This document shows positions 24,795 to 35,886 of a DNA stretch of 64,000 bases, piece after piece (position 1 is the stretch's first letter; each line of letters begins with the position of its first letter). This DNA is from Guillardia theta CCMP2712. Lineage: Eukaryota > Protista > Cryptophyta. The stretch lies in contig NW_005434648.1 of assembly GCF_000315625.1 (NCBI RefSeq), positions 348,974 to 412,973 of the forward strand, read 5' to 3'. Under the pieces are notes generated by a model. The model was not told the DNA's origin and ran no database searches. It saw nothing but the letters and a program-made list of their open reading frames with translations. Both the position numbers and the translations under genes were made by a program.

Positions 24795-25696
24795 CTAGTC
24801 TGATTTGTAGGGGAGGATAGGTTCGTACCCATTTAGCTTCCAGATGTTGAAGATCAATACAGACGCGATGCTGAGCCAGAGGACGGAAGGCGCGAGGATC
24901 ATGCCTGCAAGGGGGATGGTCTGCCAGTACAAGTAGGTGCAGGTCACAACAGAAGTCCACACGAACGCAACGCCAGCAACTGCTGAGCCTTTCCTTCGCT
25001 CCACGTTGTTGATGTTGTTCCACGTATCACCTGCGAGCACTCGCGTCAACGACTTTCGCAGCCTACTTCATTGATAAGACACGAGGCATTACCGATACTG
25101 AGATGAGTCATCATCGCGATGAGAGGAAGGACGAGCATCTGTCTGCCTACTGCCTCCCACACTACGACTGATGAAACTGTCCTCAAAATTCCGATGGTGC
25201 TCCATACAATAGGGAACACGATCGGTGGAGGTGTCCAGGATGGTCTCTTCGTCTCCTGCACTTCTCCCATCGTCGGTCTGGATGCATCAAGGATGGAGAA
25301 GATGCGCGACTTCAATGCCATGGAAGCGAAGAAGAGGATCGCAAGGCATTTGTAACCAATTGGTGGCAAGTACCCTCCGATAGTCTGCACAGCAAACATA
25401 GCAGCTGACAACAGGGCAACTTCTACAACAGTAGCACCAAACCATGTTCCCACCTTGGCATAGTCCACTCTCTTCTCCACGTTTCCGCCTTCACTCAGGG
25501 TCGCGCGGAGGTCAGACAAAAGATTCCTCGAAGCGCCTTGCCTCTGCAGTCTCGGCTTGCTCGGGACAGCAGAGGCGAGAGCGGAGGGAGGAGACACGAG
25601 CTTTAGACCTTGTACTGTCCTCATGCTCGGCATGGGTGCGAAGGCTTCGGCTACAGCAAGCGAAGCTGCCATGGCACAGAGTACTCGCGTCGCCAT
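24795..25696 (-). CDS. TSPO: TspO/MBR tryptophan-rich sensory protein with bipartite plastid presequence (2 exons)
   Basis: Motifs KRPSWTPPPIVFPIVW, SIG|DTWNNINNVERRKG and LAPSVLWLSIASVLIFNIWKLNG. The N-terminus reads ...SLAVAEA-FAP. One intron at ~25032-25091. Confidence 0.9.
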
Positions 25697-25893
25697 TGTC
25701 AAGCGGAGAGCTTGGGTTGTCTTATGCCTTGGTATTCAAAGGTGGGGTGGTTTCATAAGGGGTAGGTGGTATGAAATTTCCCCTCTTTGTAGGGGTAGAA
25801 AGATGATGATAAGGGGGTGGTAGTTGTGTAGCTGTAGGGTAGACAGCAACTCTCACCTGATGTGAGGGGTGGGGTGAGTGAGTCTGTGGCGCC

Positions 25894-28800
25894 ATGGAGG
25901 TGGCGGCGGTGTTCACGGATGATGTGGTTCAGTCATGCGAGGACGAGCGGCTGATGGGAATCGTGGAGTATGTAGGGGGACAGAGCGATGATGACGATGA
26001 TGAGGAAAGGGAGCCTCTTCCTCCGGGGAAGGCAGCGGTGACCTGGTACCCTCTGAACAAGCAGCCCAAGACTGAGGACGTCGAGAGTCTGAGGGTGATA
26101 GACCGAGGCTTCTTGCATCATGACATCGTTGCAAGGAAGTCTAATCCCTTCGGAGAGAACGGATACATCTCCAACGTCAAGCTGATATGCGATGTGAGAT
26201 GCCTGCATACCGGCAAGGTTTACAAGGGCATAGACTCCTCAAAGCTGAGACCAGTACAGCCACTGAGGATCAACACGTACGTCACGCATAACAACTGGGT
26301 CGGGAAGATTGAAAACACTGCTGACCATCTGCTCTTGAAGTTTTCCAACGACTCCGTGTGCATGCTATTGAATGTCGAGGACGACCTTCTCCCACCCGTG
26401 GACTCTGTATACTCTAGCGACGACACCCCCTACTACCCTGGGCTCAGGGTCAAGACAACACCTCAGGTTCTTCGCAAAGCCTTTTGGATCAAAGGAAAGG
26501 CTTGTAACAAGCACAGTGAAGCTGTTGTTCTTGCTGTGAAGCCAGGTTCTTGCTGGATGCTTCCCCGAGGAAAACGTTTCTCACATTTTCGGCAGGCAAG
26601 ACTGACGTCTTATGGATTTCGAACCCGTCGTTGAAGGATCTGTACAACCTCGATTGTCCTCCATACTCCATAGATGGGAACTTGTTGAAGGTGTTTGACA
26701 CGATGCACCAACTTCCTCTCGCCAGTCTCATGGAATCTTGTTGTCAGGTCTTGGATGTCCTGACGAACAAGGAGTTCATGTTCGGAGACATAGCACTGTG
26801 TGACTTCATCACAGAAGCGGATGAAGGTATGTTGTTCTACAACACGTTAGTCGGTGCTGATGGCGATGCAATTAGAATCTGTTGCATCCGAGAAAGCGGG
26901 AAGTAAGAATGCTCCTCTGACGAGGAAGGTGAAGTCGGCTGGTCGCTCGTTTGCCATCAACAGCAGAGCTCAGAACGTCTTCTCTGACAAAGATCTTTCA
27001 AGAGGCGACATCGATCGGTGCGTAGAGATCATCTTCACGTACACATACACAGAGGTGACCTGGCAAAGTGGTACAGTCGAGAAGGGAATACCTTCCCTCG
27101 ACCTTGTTCCAGTCTTCCATCTCAGCTCCAACATTCGATTTCCGAATGAGTTTGTCATCGAGAAGATAGATGATGATGTGTCTCTGCTCGACAGCGGTGC
27201 TTTGCTACTTCCCAATATCATGCACAATCCCTCCCTCCCAGCAGAGAACGGGACAGGCGCTTCGCATCCCCCTGCACTTGATGCGAGCTCTTCGATTTTC
27301 GGATTCAACGTCTCGGTCCCGGAGCAGTTGCATACCGACATGAACCAAGTGAGACAGCTTGTCATGGAGAAGCTTAGCAACTTCTTGCCACCCGAAGAAT
27401 GGACAAGGTTCCAGGCAGTCTTGGACTCGGGGAATGTGAACGATTTGATGGCCATCATTGCCAACAACCATGGTATCTCAAGCATCTTCCGGAGAGAGAT
27501 GTCATCGCCACAATGGCAGGATCTCATCCAAAACGAGCAGATGAAGGAATGCTTGCTCAGTGCACTGAAGAGCAGCGAGCATGACAATAGTTTCCTCCAA
27601 AACCTCAAGAGCAGGAGAAGACTGGGTGTCGTTCAGTCCATGGATAGCGCAGACAAGGTCTGCAAGGTGAAATGGATCGGCTACTGCTCCATCGATGGCC
27701 TCATAGAGACCTTGGGAGAAGCTGCCATACAGGAATTCAACGACTCTTCCTCGAGCTCTCGCAGTCTCCCGCCCCTGGAGACGACGGAGATCAGCTGCTA
27801 CGACATCGTCCAGCATCCTTCCTATACATACGCGGTGGGGGACGTTGTTCTTCGACTTCGCAGCAAGCTCACAATGGACGGCTCTGCCACGAATCCGGAG
27901 CCTCAAGCTGTTGACGATGAGGATGAGTGGGAGACCACTTCGGAGTACAGTGAGGAAGAGGAAGGAGTGGGGGAAGGAGAGGAGGAGGAGGGAGACGAGG
28001 AGGGGGAGGAGGAGGGGGAGGAGCATGGGGAGGGAGCTCGTGATAGGCATGAAGCTGGTGCATTTGAAGAGATGCTTGGGGCTGCAGCATCGACGAATAA
28101 GCAGCAGACGGACGACAACATTTCATGGGTGGGCATCGCGATCGCGGTGGAGGATGGGAAGATCCTTGTTGCCTGGTCGAACGGAGAGACTTCGTGGATG
28201 ATGCCCAACGCGATCTTTCGGATGAATGACGAGCATTATGACAGTGAGAGCTGGAGTGGGTCAGAAGCGGGTTCAAACTTGTCTCAGGCAGACGTCGAAT
28301 ATCAAGAGACGTCTCAAGCTGCCGCTGACGTGATGAGCAGCGTGGAGCAGATGAACAACTTCCTGGGGCAGACGCACCAGCAGGAGGAGGGTGTAGACTA
28401 TGATGCGCAGGCATGGGAGGGAGCAGCAGCGCAAGGAGAGGAGAGAAATCTTGGGGGAAGTGCTGAGGTGGAGAAGCCGGATGCTGCTAGCAAGGAGAAA
28501 AGGAAGTTGACGTATGCGGGCGACGCAATCTCCTCCCTGTGGCGGGCGATCAGGAAGGAGATCGGGACTTTCTTTCATTCCTCCTCCTCAAAGAAGCAGA
28601 AGACTTCGCAAGGATTCCAGGCGTCGTCGAGAGAGGAGGAGGTGGTTGAAGAGGAGGAAGGTTTGATAGCAAGAGAGGAGGACGTGGCAGCTATGAATGG
28701 CTTGGAGGCTGAGCAAGCAGAGTGCGAGCAGCAGGTGAAGGAAATTGATTTAAACCGACTCACACGGGAGGAATTGGATGATGCTGCAAGAAGGATCGAG

Positions 28801-30216
28801 CAAGAGGCGTTGAGGAGAGTGGCAAGGGATCGAAGGAAGTATGACGAGAAGGAGGCTGAGAATGAGGAGCATGAGACGACGGAGGAGGCAGCCATTGAGA
28901 ACCAGTTCGAGGTTGTAGAGACGCTGGCTGATCACCACTTTGCCCCCATGCCATCCAGCAACTTGCCCCAGCAGTTTGTGAAACGAGTTCGTCATGAGTG
29001 GAAACTGCTGAGCAGGAGGTGAGTGCGGGAGCGGTGGGGATGGGGCTATAAGCTGACGTCTGGCTGTCCGCAGTCTTCCTCCCGGCATCCACGTGAAAGT
29101 ATCGGAGGAGAGGATGGATCTACTTCGTGCCATCATCCACGGGCCCACCAAGACTCCCTACGAGGACGGGCTGTATGCTTTCGACATCTTGCTCAGGTCA
29201 CTTGACAGGCCTCGATCTTCTCAGCTGACCCTTCTCCTCCTCCTCCGCAGCCCCGACTATCCGACTGTCCCGCCCTCTGTTTTCTTCTTCTCCTTCGGCG
29301 ACCGCTTGAACCCCAACCTCTACACGGATGGCAAAGTTTGCTTGAGCCTGCTGGGCACGTGGGACGGGGAGGGCGTCGAGAAGTGGAATGCTGAGACCTC
29401 GAACGTGCTTCAGGTCTTGGTCTCCATCCAGGCAAGCGCCCTCTCCTGTCAATCTTCCTTCTCTCCTTTCGTCTCCTCCACATTTATCTTCCTCCTCCTC
29501 ATTCCTCCTTCTCGTCTTCTTCGTTTCTGTCTCTCCTGACCTCCTCGTCCTCGACTATCTCGCGCCCTGTGCTCTCGTTTGGCTCCTGGTCTGACTTGAG
29601 TGGCAGGGTCTTGTACTAGTGCCTGAGCCCTACTACAACGAGGCGGGGTACGACAAGCAGATTGGAACTTTAGAGGTAATTCCACCCTCGGGCTCAGCCC
29701 CAGCCGCTGCTGCAGCTTCTCGTTCAATTCCTCAGTCGCGCTTTCTGATCTTTCTCTCCTCATGTTCTTTGAGTGAGAGACATTGACCGTGATCGCAGGG
29801 GAAGCACAACTCGCAGGAGTACAACGAGTCTGCCCTGTTGCTCGTTCTGAAGCACATGCTCAACATGCTGAGGGCTCCCGTCCCCTCCTTCGAGGGGCTG
29901 ATCAAGTCGCACTTCAAGGAGCGGCGCGACCGGATCCTTTCAAGGTGGCTCCTTGTCCTTCCGCCTTCCGCCAGCTGAGACTCGTGGTGTTCAGGTGCGA
30001 GAAGTTGCTCAACAAGGGGAGAGAAGAGCGAGCAAAGACAGCGAGCAAGGAGGAGGAGGACCCGTGCACTGGTTGGATAGATCGCAGCATCCCCGATAAC
30101 CCGTGAGCAGCATACCCGCGCATCCTCCCCTCACTGACGAGAGTGACAGGTCGCGCGGTTTCATGCTGACGCTGCAGAAGCTCTGCACGAGGTTGAGAGC
30201 CGAACTGCCAACATGA
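25894..30216 (+). CDS. Large E2/E3 hybrid ubiquitin-conjugating enzyme, UBE2O / UBC23-UBC24(PHO2) family
   Basis: N-terminal [20 protein letters not shown] and PYYPG motifs. The C-terminal UBC domain has [44 protein letters not shown] (catalytic Cys) and SIQ|[14 protein letters not shown]. Confidence 0.92.
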
Positions 30217-30552
30217 ATGGCGGGTAGAAGCAGTCGAAGAAGGGGAGCAGGAGCAGGCAAGCATGGAGGAGAGTAGAGCCGATGAACTTCTGCGGGAGGG
30301 GAGATTCTTGACTGTAGAATTTATTGAAAACAACCACGAAGCATCTCGTCCCTCATGGAGCTGCCGATGAGACTGAGCGCAGGGGAGGGAGACGTCGACT
30401 TGTGTTAGCACTCTCGATCGATCCTCGCAGGGAGGAGCATGACCGTCAACAAGTGCAGGAGGAAGAGGAACAAGAGCAGGAGGAAGAGGAACAAGATCAG
30501 CAGGGGGAGGGCGGAGGGCTCGCAGCGAGCCTAGTAAGAGCTGAGTAGGGCC

Positions 30553-31623
30553 TCACTGCATTGAAGGATGCTGGGAGGTTTTCCAGCTCACAAAGTCCTG
30601 TTCGATCTGCGACATCGGGTACCTTCCCATGCCGCTCTCGCTGCCCCCGTCCACCCCTGTTGCATGCCCATCCCTTCCTCTTGAGTACTGCAACTCCATC
30701 CCCTGCCGCTCCGCCATGACCGACGCCATGGGATCCACACCTGACAGGCCGCTGCTGTGCTCTTGCGACAGACCTCTCCCGACAGCGACGGCAGGGCTCG
30801 CGGCCACCTGCCCAAGGTTGACGCTGCCATGGCGAAAACTCGTTTGAGGCTGGACGGGCTGGACGGGCATGTTGGTGAGCGGGTTGTTGGGCTGGGAGGA
30901 CAGCCAAGTGCAGATGACATCGACCTTGTGCAGGACCTGGGACAGCTGCGTGCGGATCTCCTGCAGCTGCGAGTCGACTGCCTCAGGTGGCTCCATGCTC
31001 ACAGCTTTCTCCCTCTTGTTCGAGTTGCTCAGGCCATGGCGGCCGCACCATCGCCAGTGCCACCCGTTGGTCGCCTTGAAGTCGGTGATGCCCATCTCCT
31101 TGGCGAGGTCCTCAGCTTTGCACTGCAGCTTGTGTTTCGTGATGCACATATCTCCGTCCTTGTCGTTGGCTGCTCGCTTGCGGACGTTGGCGATCCATGT
31201 AAGGAGCCTCTTGGTCAGCTCGGGGTGTGTCTCGTCGCGCATCATCTTCGACCCACCCAGATCTCTTCCAAGCTCTCTCACCTCCTCCATCTTCCCTCGG
31301 TGCTTGTCAGAGCAGATCTTGCTGATCGCCCTCTCGCTGACGCCATAGGTGAGCGCGAGCTTCTTCACCGTCACTCTGTCTGCCTTGGACGGAGCGCAAT
31401 GGAGTCGCACTATCTCCATCTTGTCTGCGATGGTCAATCTCTTCGCCCCCGAACACTTCTCTTTGTGCTTCAACCGTTGAGCCGCCGTCATAACTCCGAA
31501 CCCTCGGGGTTTCCCTCGAGACTCAGGCATGTTCGCGTCTCCCTGCAGTTGATCCAGCCCTCCATCAGCCTGCATCTGATCTGCTCGCACCCTCGTCACC
31601 CACCAACAACATACCAGCTCCAC
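30553..31623 (-). CDS. CENP-B/Tigger/pogo-type DNA-binding protein (psq-HTH + CENPB-HTH), with no DDE domain
   Basis: KRLTIADKMEIVRL...KKLALTYGVSERAISKI and HPELTKRLLTWI...LQCKAEDLAKEMGITDFKATNGWHWRWCGRHGL, followed by a short coiled coil and a low-complexity tail. Probable short 5' exons extend to ~31800. Confidence 0.85.
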   Translation of the reverse strand: MELVCCWWVTRVRADQMQADGGLDQLQGDANMPESRGKPRGFGVMTAAQRLKHKEKCSGAKRLTIADKMEIVRLHCAPSKADRVTVKKLALTYGVSERAISKICSDKHRGKMEEVRELGRDLGGSKMMRDETHPELTKRLLTWIANVRKRAANDKDGDMCITKHKLQCKAEDLAKEMGITDFKATNGWHWRWCGRHGLSNSNKREKAVSMEPPEAVDSQLQEIRTQLSQVLHKVDVICTWLSSQPNNPLTNMPVQPVQPQTSFRHGSVNLGQVAASPAVAVGRGLSQEHSSGLSGVDPMASVMAERQGMELQYSRGRDGHATGVDGGSESGMGRYPMSQIEQDFVSWKTSQHPSMQ

Positions 31624-32677
31624 TACTTGCCTGCAGCGTGCACTGAGTCGTCTGCTGTGACTCTAGAAGCTTCATCCTGCCATGACATGTCAATGACAGC
31701 CGGCAATCAAGTCCAAGAGACCGCTCCTCACCTGTGAAGATCGAAATCTTGCACTCAAGGCATGAGGAGAAGGGTGCAGGGAGTCCATGGAGTCCATTCT
31801 GAGGGAGAAAAAAGTCACTAACCGTCACATGATAAATCTCTAAGGGAAACAACTGTGAAGGACTCTAGCCCCCTTCCCATCTTTCCTCTACCCATAGAAC
31901 CCCCTCTATGTGATCCCTCGCTGCGTTGTTTCTCAAGATTCTGATCCTCAAACCGTTGCTCCCCCCAACCTGTGTATGTCTGTTCGTTCCTCTATGAAAA
32001 GTTCATTCCTTCGCATTCGTCCCAGTTCACCCACAGCACATTTGCTGTCATTCTCTGCTGTGATGCCTCTGCCTTCTCTCTCCCTGCCTGCACTTGTCTC
32101 CTCTCTCCTCGTTCTCCTCGCCTCCTCTCCCCTGACATTGTTCAACGATTTTACTTCAATTGAAAAAATATATAAAAAGGGTGGTACAGTGGTTGAACCT
32201 ACAGCTTCCAATATTATTTATATGAGTACTTTAGTACGGATGAGACATACAAAATATTTCAGTCATATATTTAAATATCTATAATAGAGGAAGTTATTTT
32301 TGAATGGTACTCCTAATCAGTACAAAAGTGTTTTATAAATATGTAGTGGTAATATAGGATTTCGCCATGGTGGGGCGCAAGAGGGAATGGGAACATGAAA
32401 GATCAAGAGAGAGGGGGAAGGAGGGGAGAGGAGGGGAAGGAGGGGAGGGAGGGAGAAGAGCGAAGAGGAAACAGGAAGCAGGAAATATTGACGGGTGAAA
32501 GGTGGTACAGCAGACATGGACAAGGGTGAGGAAATAGGCAGATTGCAGGGGGGTGAGAGAAATTGTACGAGGAAAAGAAGGAAGCCAAAAATCAGAATCG
32601 ATTCTGGTTGATGGCTGATAAGGTGACTGACATAACTTTGCAGTGCAAATTCTGTGTTCCGACAACTTCGTTGCACA

Positions 32678-34204
32678 ATGCTTGTGCGCAGCAGCTTACC
32701 GGCGATCCTGTTGACATGCTTAATTGCACGAGGGAACGCGTGGAGCTATGCACCGACCAGCGGGTTCAGGTGTCTGTTTCAGCCTGCATCAACACGCACA
32801 CAAAAAGGGTTAGCTTCCTTCACGTGCTGTCAGAGCTCGATGTCGTCTGAGGATGTGACGTCTGAGGAGGAGCCATCAGACCTTACCAGTGCAAATCCAT
32901 CGACGCGTGCGAGGGTTGTTTCTTACAATGTTCTTTCTTCATCACTGTGTGAATCGGATTATCACGTCAAGTGTAAACCTTCGAATTTAGATGAGCAGAA
33001 GAGGTTGAAGAAAGTCATCAACCTGCTAGATGAAGAGGTGGAGAAACAGTCAATCATCTGTCTACAGGAGGTTTCGACCAAGTGGGCAGGTTCGCTACAT
33101 ACCTTCTTCTGTGAACAGGGATATCACATGATACACATGGGGTATGGCAACAAGTTTGATGGCTACATGGGCGTCAGCATCTCCTTTCCAACGACAAAAT
33201 TTCGACTGAAGGAGAGCAGAATCGTAAGAGTTTCAGACCTCAAGTCATGGCCGAAGCCTCCCCCAGAAAATCCTTTCAAGAGGCTGAAGGGGGCAGTCAA
33301 GAGCCTCTGGTGGAAGATCCGACAGATTCGACCTCCCATAGATCCTGTTTTTGACGCAAAGAAGCGAGCGAATCAAATGATTGTTTTGAACATCGAGGAC
33401 AGAGAGACTGAGACTTCGTTCTGGGTTGCAACCTATCACATGCCCTGCCAGTTTCGCGTTCCAGCAGTGATGGTCACTCACACCTCTCTGGCGCTGAGTG
33501 AAGCGCAGCTCGCAGCTCGCAACCAGCCTCTCATCTTCTGTGGAGATTTCAACTTCAAGCCGGGAGACTCTCCTTACAACCTTGTCACGCAGGGCTTCAT
33601 AGCGAAGGATGACCAGCACTACCCCACAATGCCTGCTAACGACCCGTGGGTTCCGAAGATCAGGTACGCCATGAAGAGCGCATATCACCTCTTGAACAAC
33701 AAGGAGCCGCAATACACAAACTGGGCTTACACAAAAGGGAGCACAGAAGATTTCATCGGGTGCCTTGACTACGTATTCGTGTCACCGGGAATTTCAGTGG
33801 AAGCGGTGAAGGAGTTGGAGGAAATTTCAGATCCTCCTCAAGGTCCCTTTCCCTCCGACACCGAGCCGTCAGACCACGTGCTGATAGCTGCAGACCTCAG
33901 CATTGTCCACGAGGGGAACACCGGATGGACTGAACAGGACGAGATCTGGAAGAGACAGATTGAAGATAAACTGACGAAACTTTTGAAGGATGAGAAGGGG
34001 GAAAAGATCAGATTTCCATCTTCGTTGAACTCCTTCCAGAGGCACTATATTCATCAATTTGCAGCAGAGATTGGGTTGGAAAGCAAATCTTCGGGGCAAG
34101 GGAGGTGAGATTTAGACCGAATGTGTCATTAGATTCACTGCTGAGTCTTCCGCAACAGGAGGAGGCAAATATCAGTCTGGAAGCAAGCTCGGTCAGAGGG
34201 ATAA
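32678..34204 (+). CDS. CCR4/nocturnin/angel-family EEP phosphatase/deadenylase with C-terminal R3H domain and signal/transit presequence
   Basis: EEP motifs VVSYNVL, ICLQEV, CGDFN, CLDYVF and PSDHVL. R3H motif FPSSLNSFQRHYIHQFAAEIGLESKSSGQG|RRRQISVWK. N-terminus MLVRSSLPAILLTCLIARGNA-WSYAP. Intron ~34105-34158. Confidence 0.9.
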
Positions 34205-34269
34205 ACGAAACTAGCAAACGTGACAAAATGAGATGATTCGGAACTTTGCTTCATTGGCCCCTCCATCAT

Positions 34270-34450
34270 GTCACGCCGCGTCGGTGCCGTGTCAAACTAA
34301 CTTCCGTTCCCTGTGATCCGGACTCGTGAGCCTGTGCCGCCGGCCGGCCACTCACAGCGCCGGCCCCCGGGCCCGGTCCGGCGACACTCAGAGGCGGGTC
34401 CAACAATGAGCCGCCGGCCGGAAGTTCCGCCCAATCGGATGATCGTCGGA
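34270..34450. repeat. CCGG-rich intergenic patch
   Basis: GCCGCCGGCCGGCC, CCCCGGGCCCGG, ACACTCAG. Confidence 0.6.
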
Positions 34451-35886
34451 CGACCTTTCAAGACCATTTTAGAATAGAATCCATGAAAATCTCCTCCCAA
34501 ACTTGAAAATACAATAGAAGCCCTTGTCGTCGCCTGTGGCGTCGGAGCCTAGGTGGACGACCCTAGGGAGCCTGAAGGGGTCACCTGAGGTCTGAAAGGG
34601 GTAGGGTAGTTGATAAAGGATCTCAGAGGGGTAGTGTGTAGGTGATTTAGGAATGAGGGGTAGTGTTCGGGTCTTGCTGTCATCGGGAATGAGAGGGGTG
34701 GGGTGGTGCTTTCACCTCCAAGTCCGAGGTACCAGTAGGGGTGATCTGTACGGGAGGGAGCAGGGGTACAGGTTGCTTTCAGCTGGTACCGACAAGTAGT
34801 TATCCGAAGTTTTTGGTAGTGAACATATAATACTTTTTATTCCGCCTGTTTGAGTTCTGCGGAGCCGTCCCAGCGTGGGGCGAAGGTGGGGTCCTCAGCA
34901 TGCCCGTCATGGGTAGTAGGTTTGAAATACAAGGTCTAAATATCAAGAATCTACCAATTGTACTGGCCCGTATGAATTTTTATAACTTTTGTATATACAT
35001 TGATACAAGTAAGTAGGCAATAAAAATATACAAGTTTTTATCTAATAACCAGTAGTACATCGGGACATATAATCGATTCTACCAGTGTCGAAGGTAAGAT
35101 TTACCAGACCAGGTGATCAAATTCCATTTTTCTGATCTTTCTCAAAGATTGAATGAATTTAGGCCATTAAGGCCAAGTCACAATGGTATTTTCAAAACTT
35201 TATCAGATTTTTCGTGAAACACAGCTGAAATGAAGGACCCTTGGTCGCAAATCGAGAACAAAAACTCAAAAGAAAAGGAATGGAAATGGCGGCACCGACG
35301 CAGCCCTGAGCTTGCGACACAGACACGAAGAGATGGCACATGAGCCAGCAGCAGCAGACAAGCAGCGGATGAGCAGAAGTAGCAGACAGACAGCAGACAG
35401 ACAGCAGACCAAAAGGGACAAGCAGCTATCAAACAGCAACAGCAGTAGCAGTAGCAGTAGCAGCGATGGAAGCAGGATTAGGAGAGGAAGGGAGCTCGCT
35501 CGGGCCTAGGCTTATTTGTATGGCGGAGCTGCCCAAAGGGTTTGAAGATAGATATGAACATTTGATGTGCATGTCGTCGGTGCTGGAAAGGAAGAAGAGA
35601 AGTAGAACATGCAGATGTTATGTGTGCGGATGTTGACAGACTTGGAACTAAAAAGTTAAACAAGATGTCACAACAATTCGTGGCGGTGTATGCCTGTTTC
35701 CTTTCTTGTTGTCTGTGGATCAATGGAGATGTTTTTGTCGATGATCCAAGTGAAAATAGTGTTGGAAAGCTCTCTGAGATACGTCTAACAATTTTTCCAG
35801 GAGCTAGTTTGCCATCGAATATTAGTCTAACGCTTGGGATATGATGACTGTTTGAAGGAACGAGAGTGCATTCAGACGAATAGAAG

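Noticed and set aside
30757-31737. 326-aa + strand ORF
   Set aside because: Antisense shadow of the CENP-B-like gene; no motif.
30400-32350. Autonomous pogo/Tigger transposon
   Set aside because: No DDE domain, TIRs or TA target duplication were identified.
7709-34204. Functional cluster of plastid-targeted genes (PGR5, TspO, EEP-R3H)
   Set aside because: They are far apart and interspersed with unrelated genes; this density is plausible by chance in an algal genome.
34500-35200. Possible tRNA/ncRNA in ORF-free intergenic DNA
   Set aside because: No cloverleaf or A/B boxes were recognisable; it looks like G-run/AT-rich promoter DNA. A covariance-model search would be needed to exclude it.
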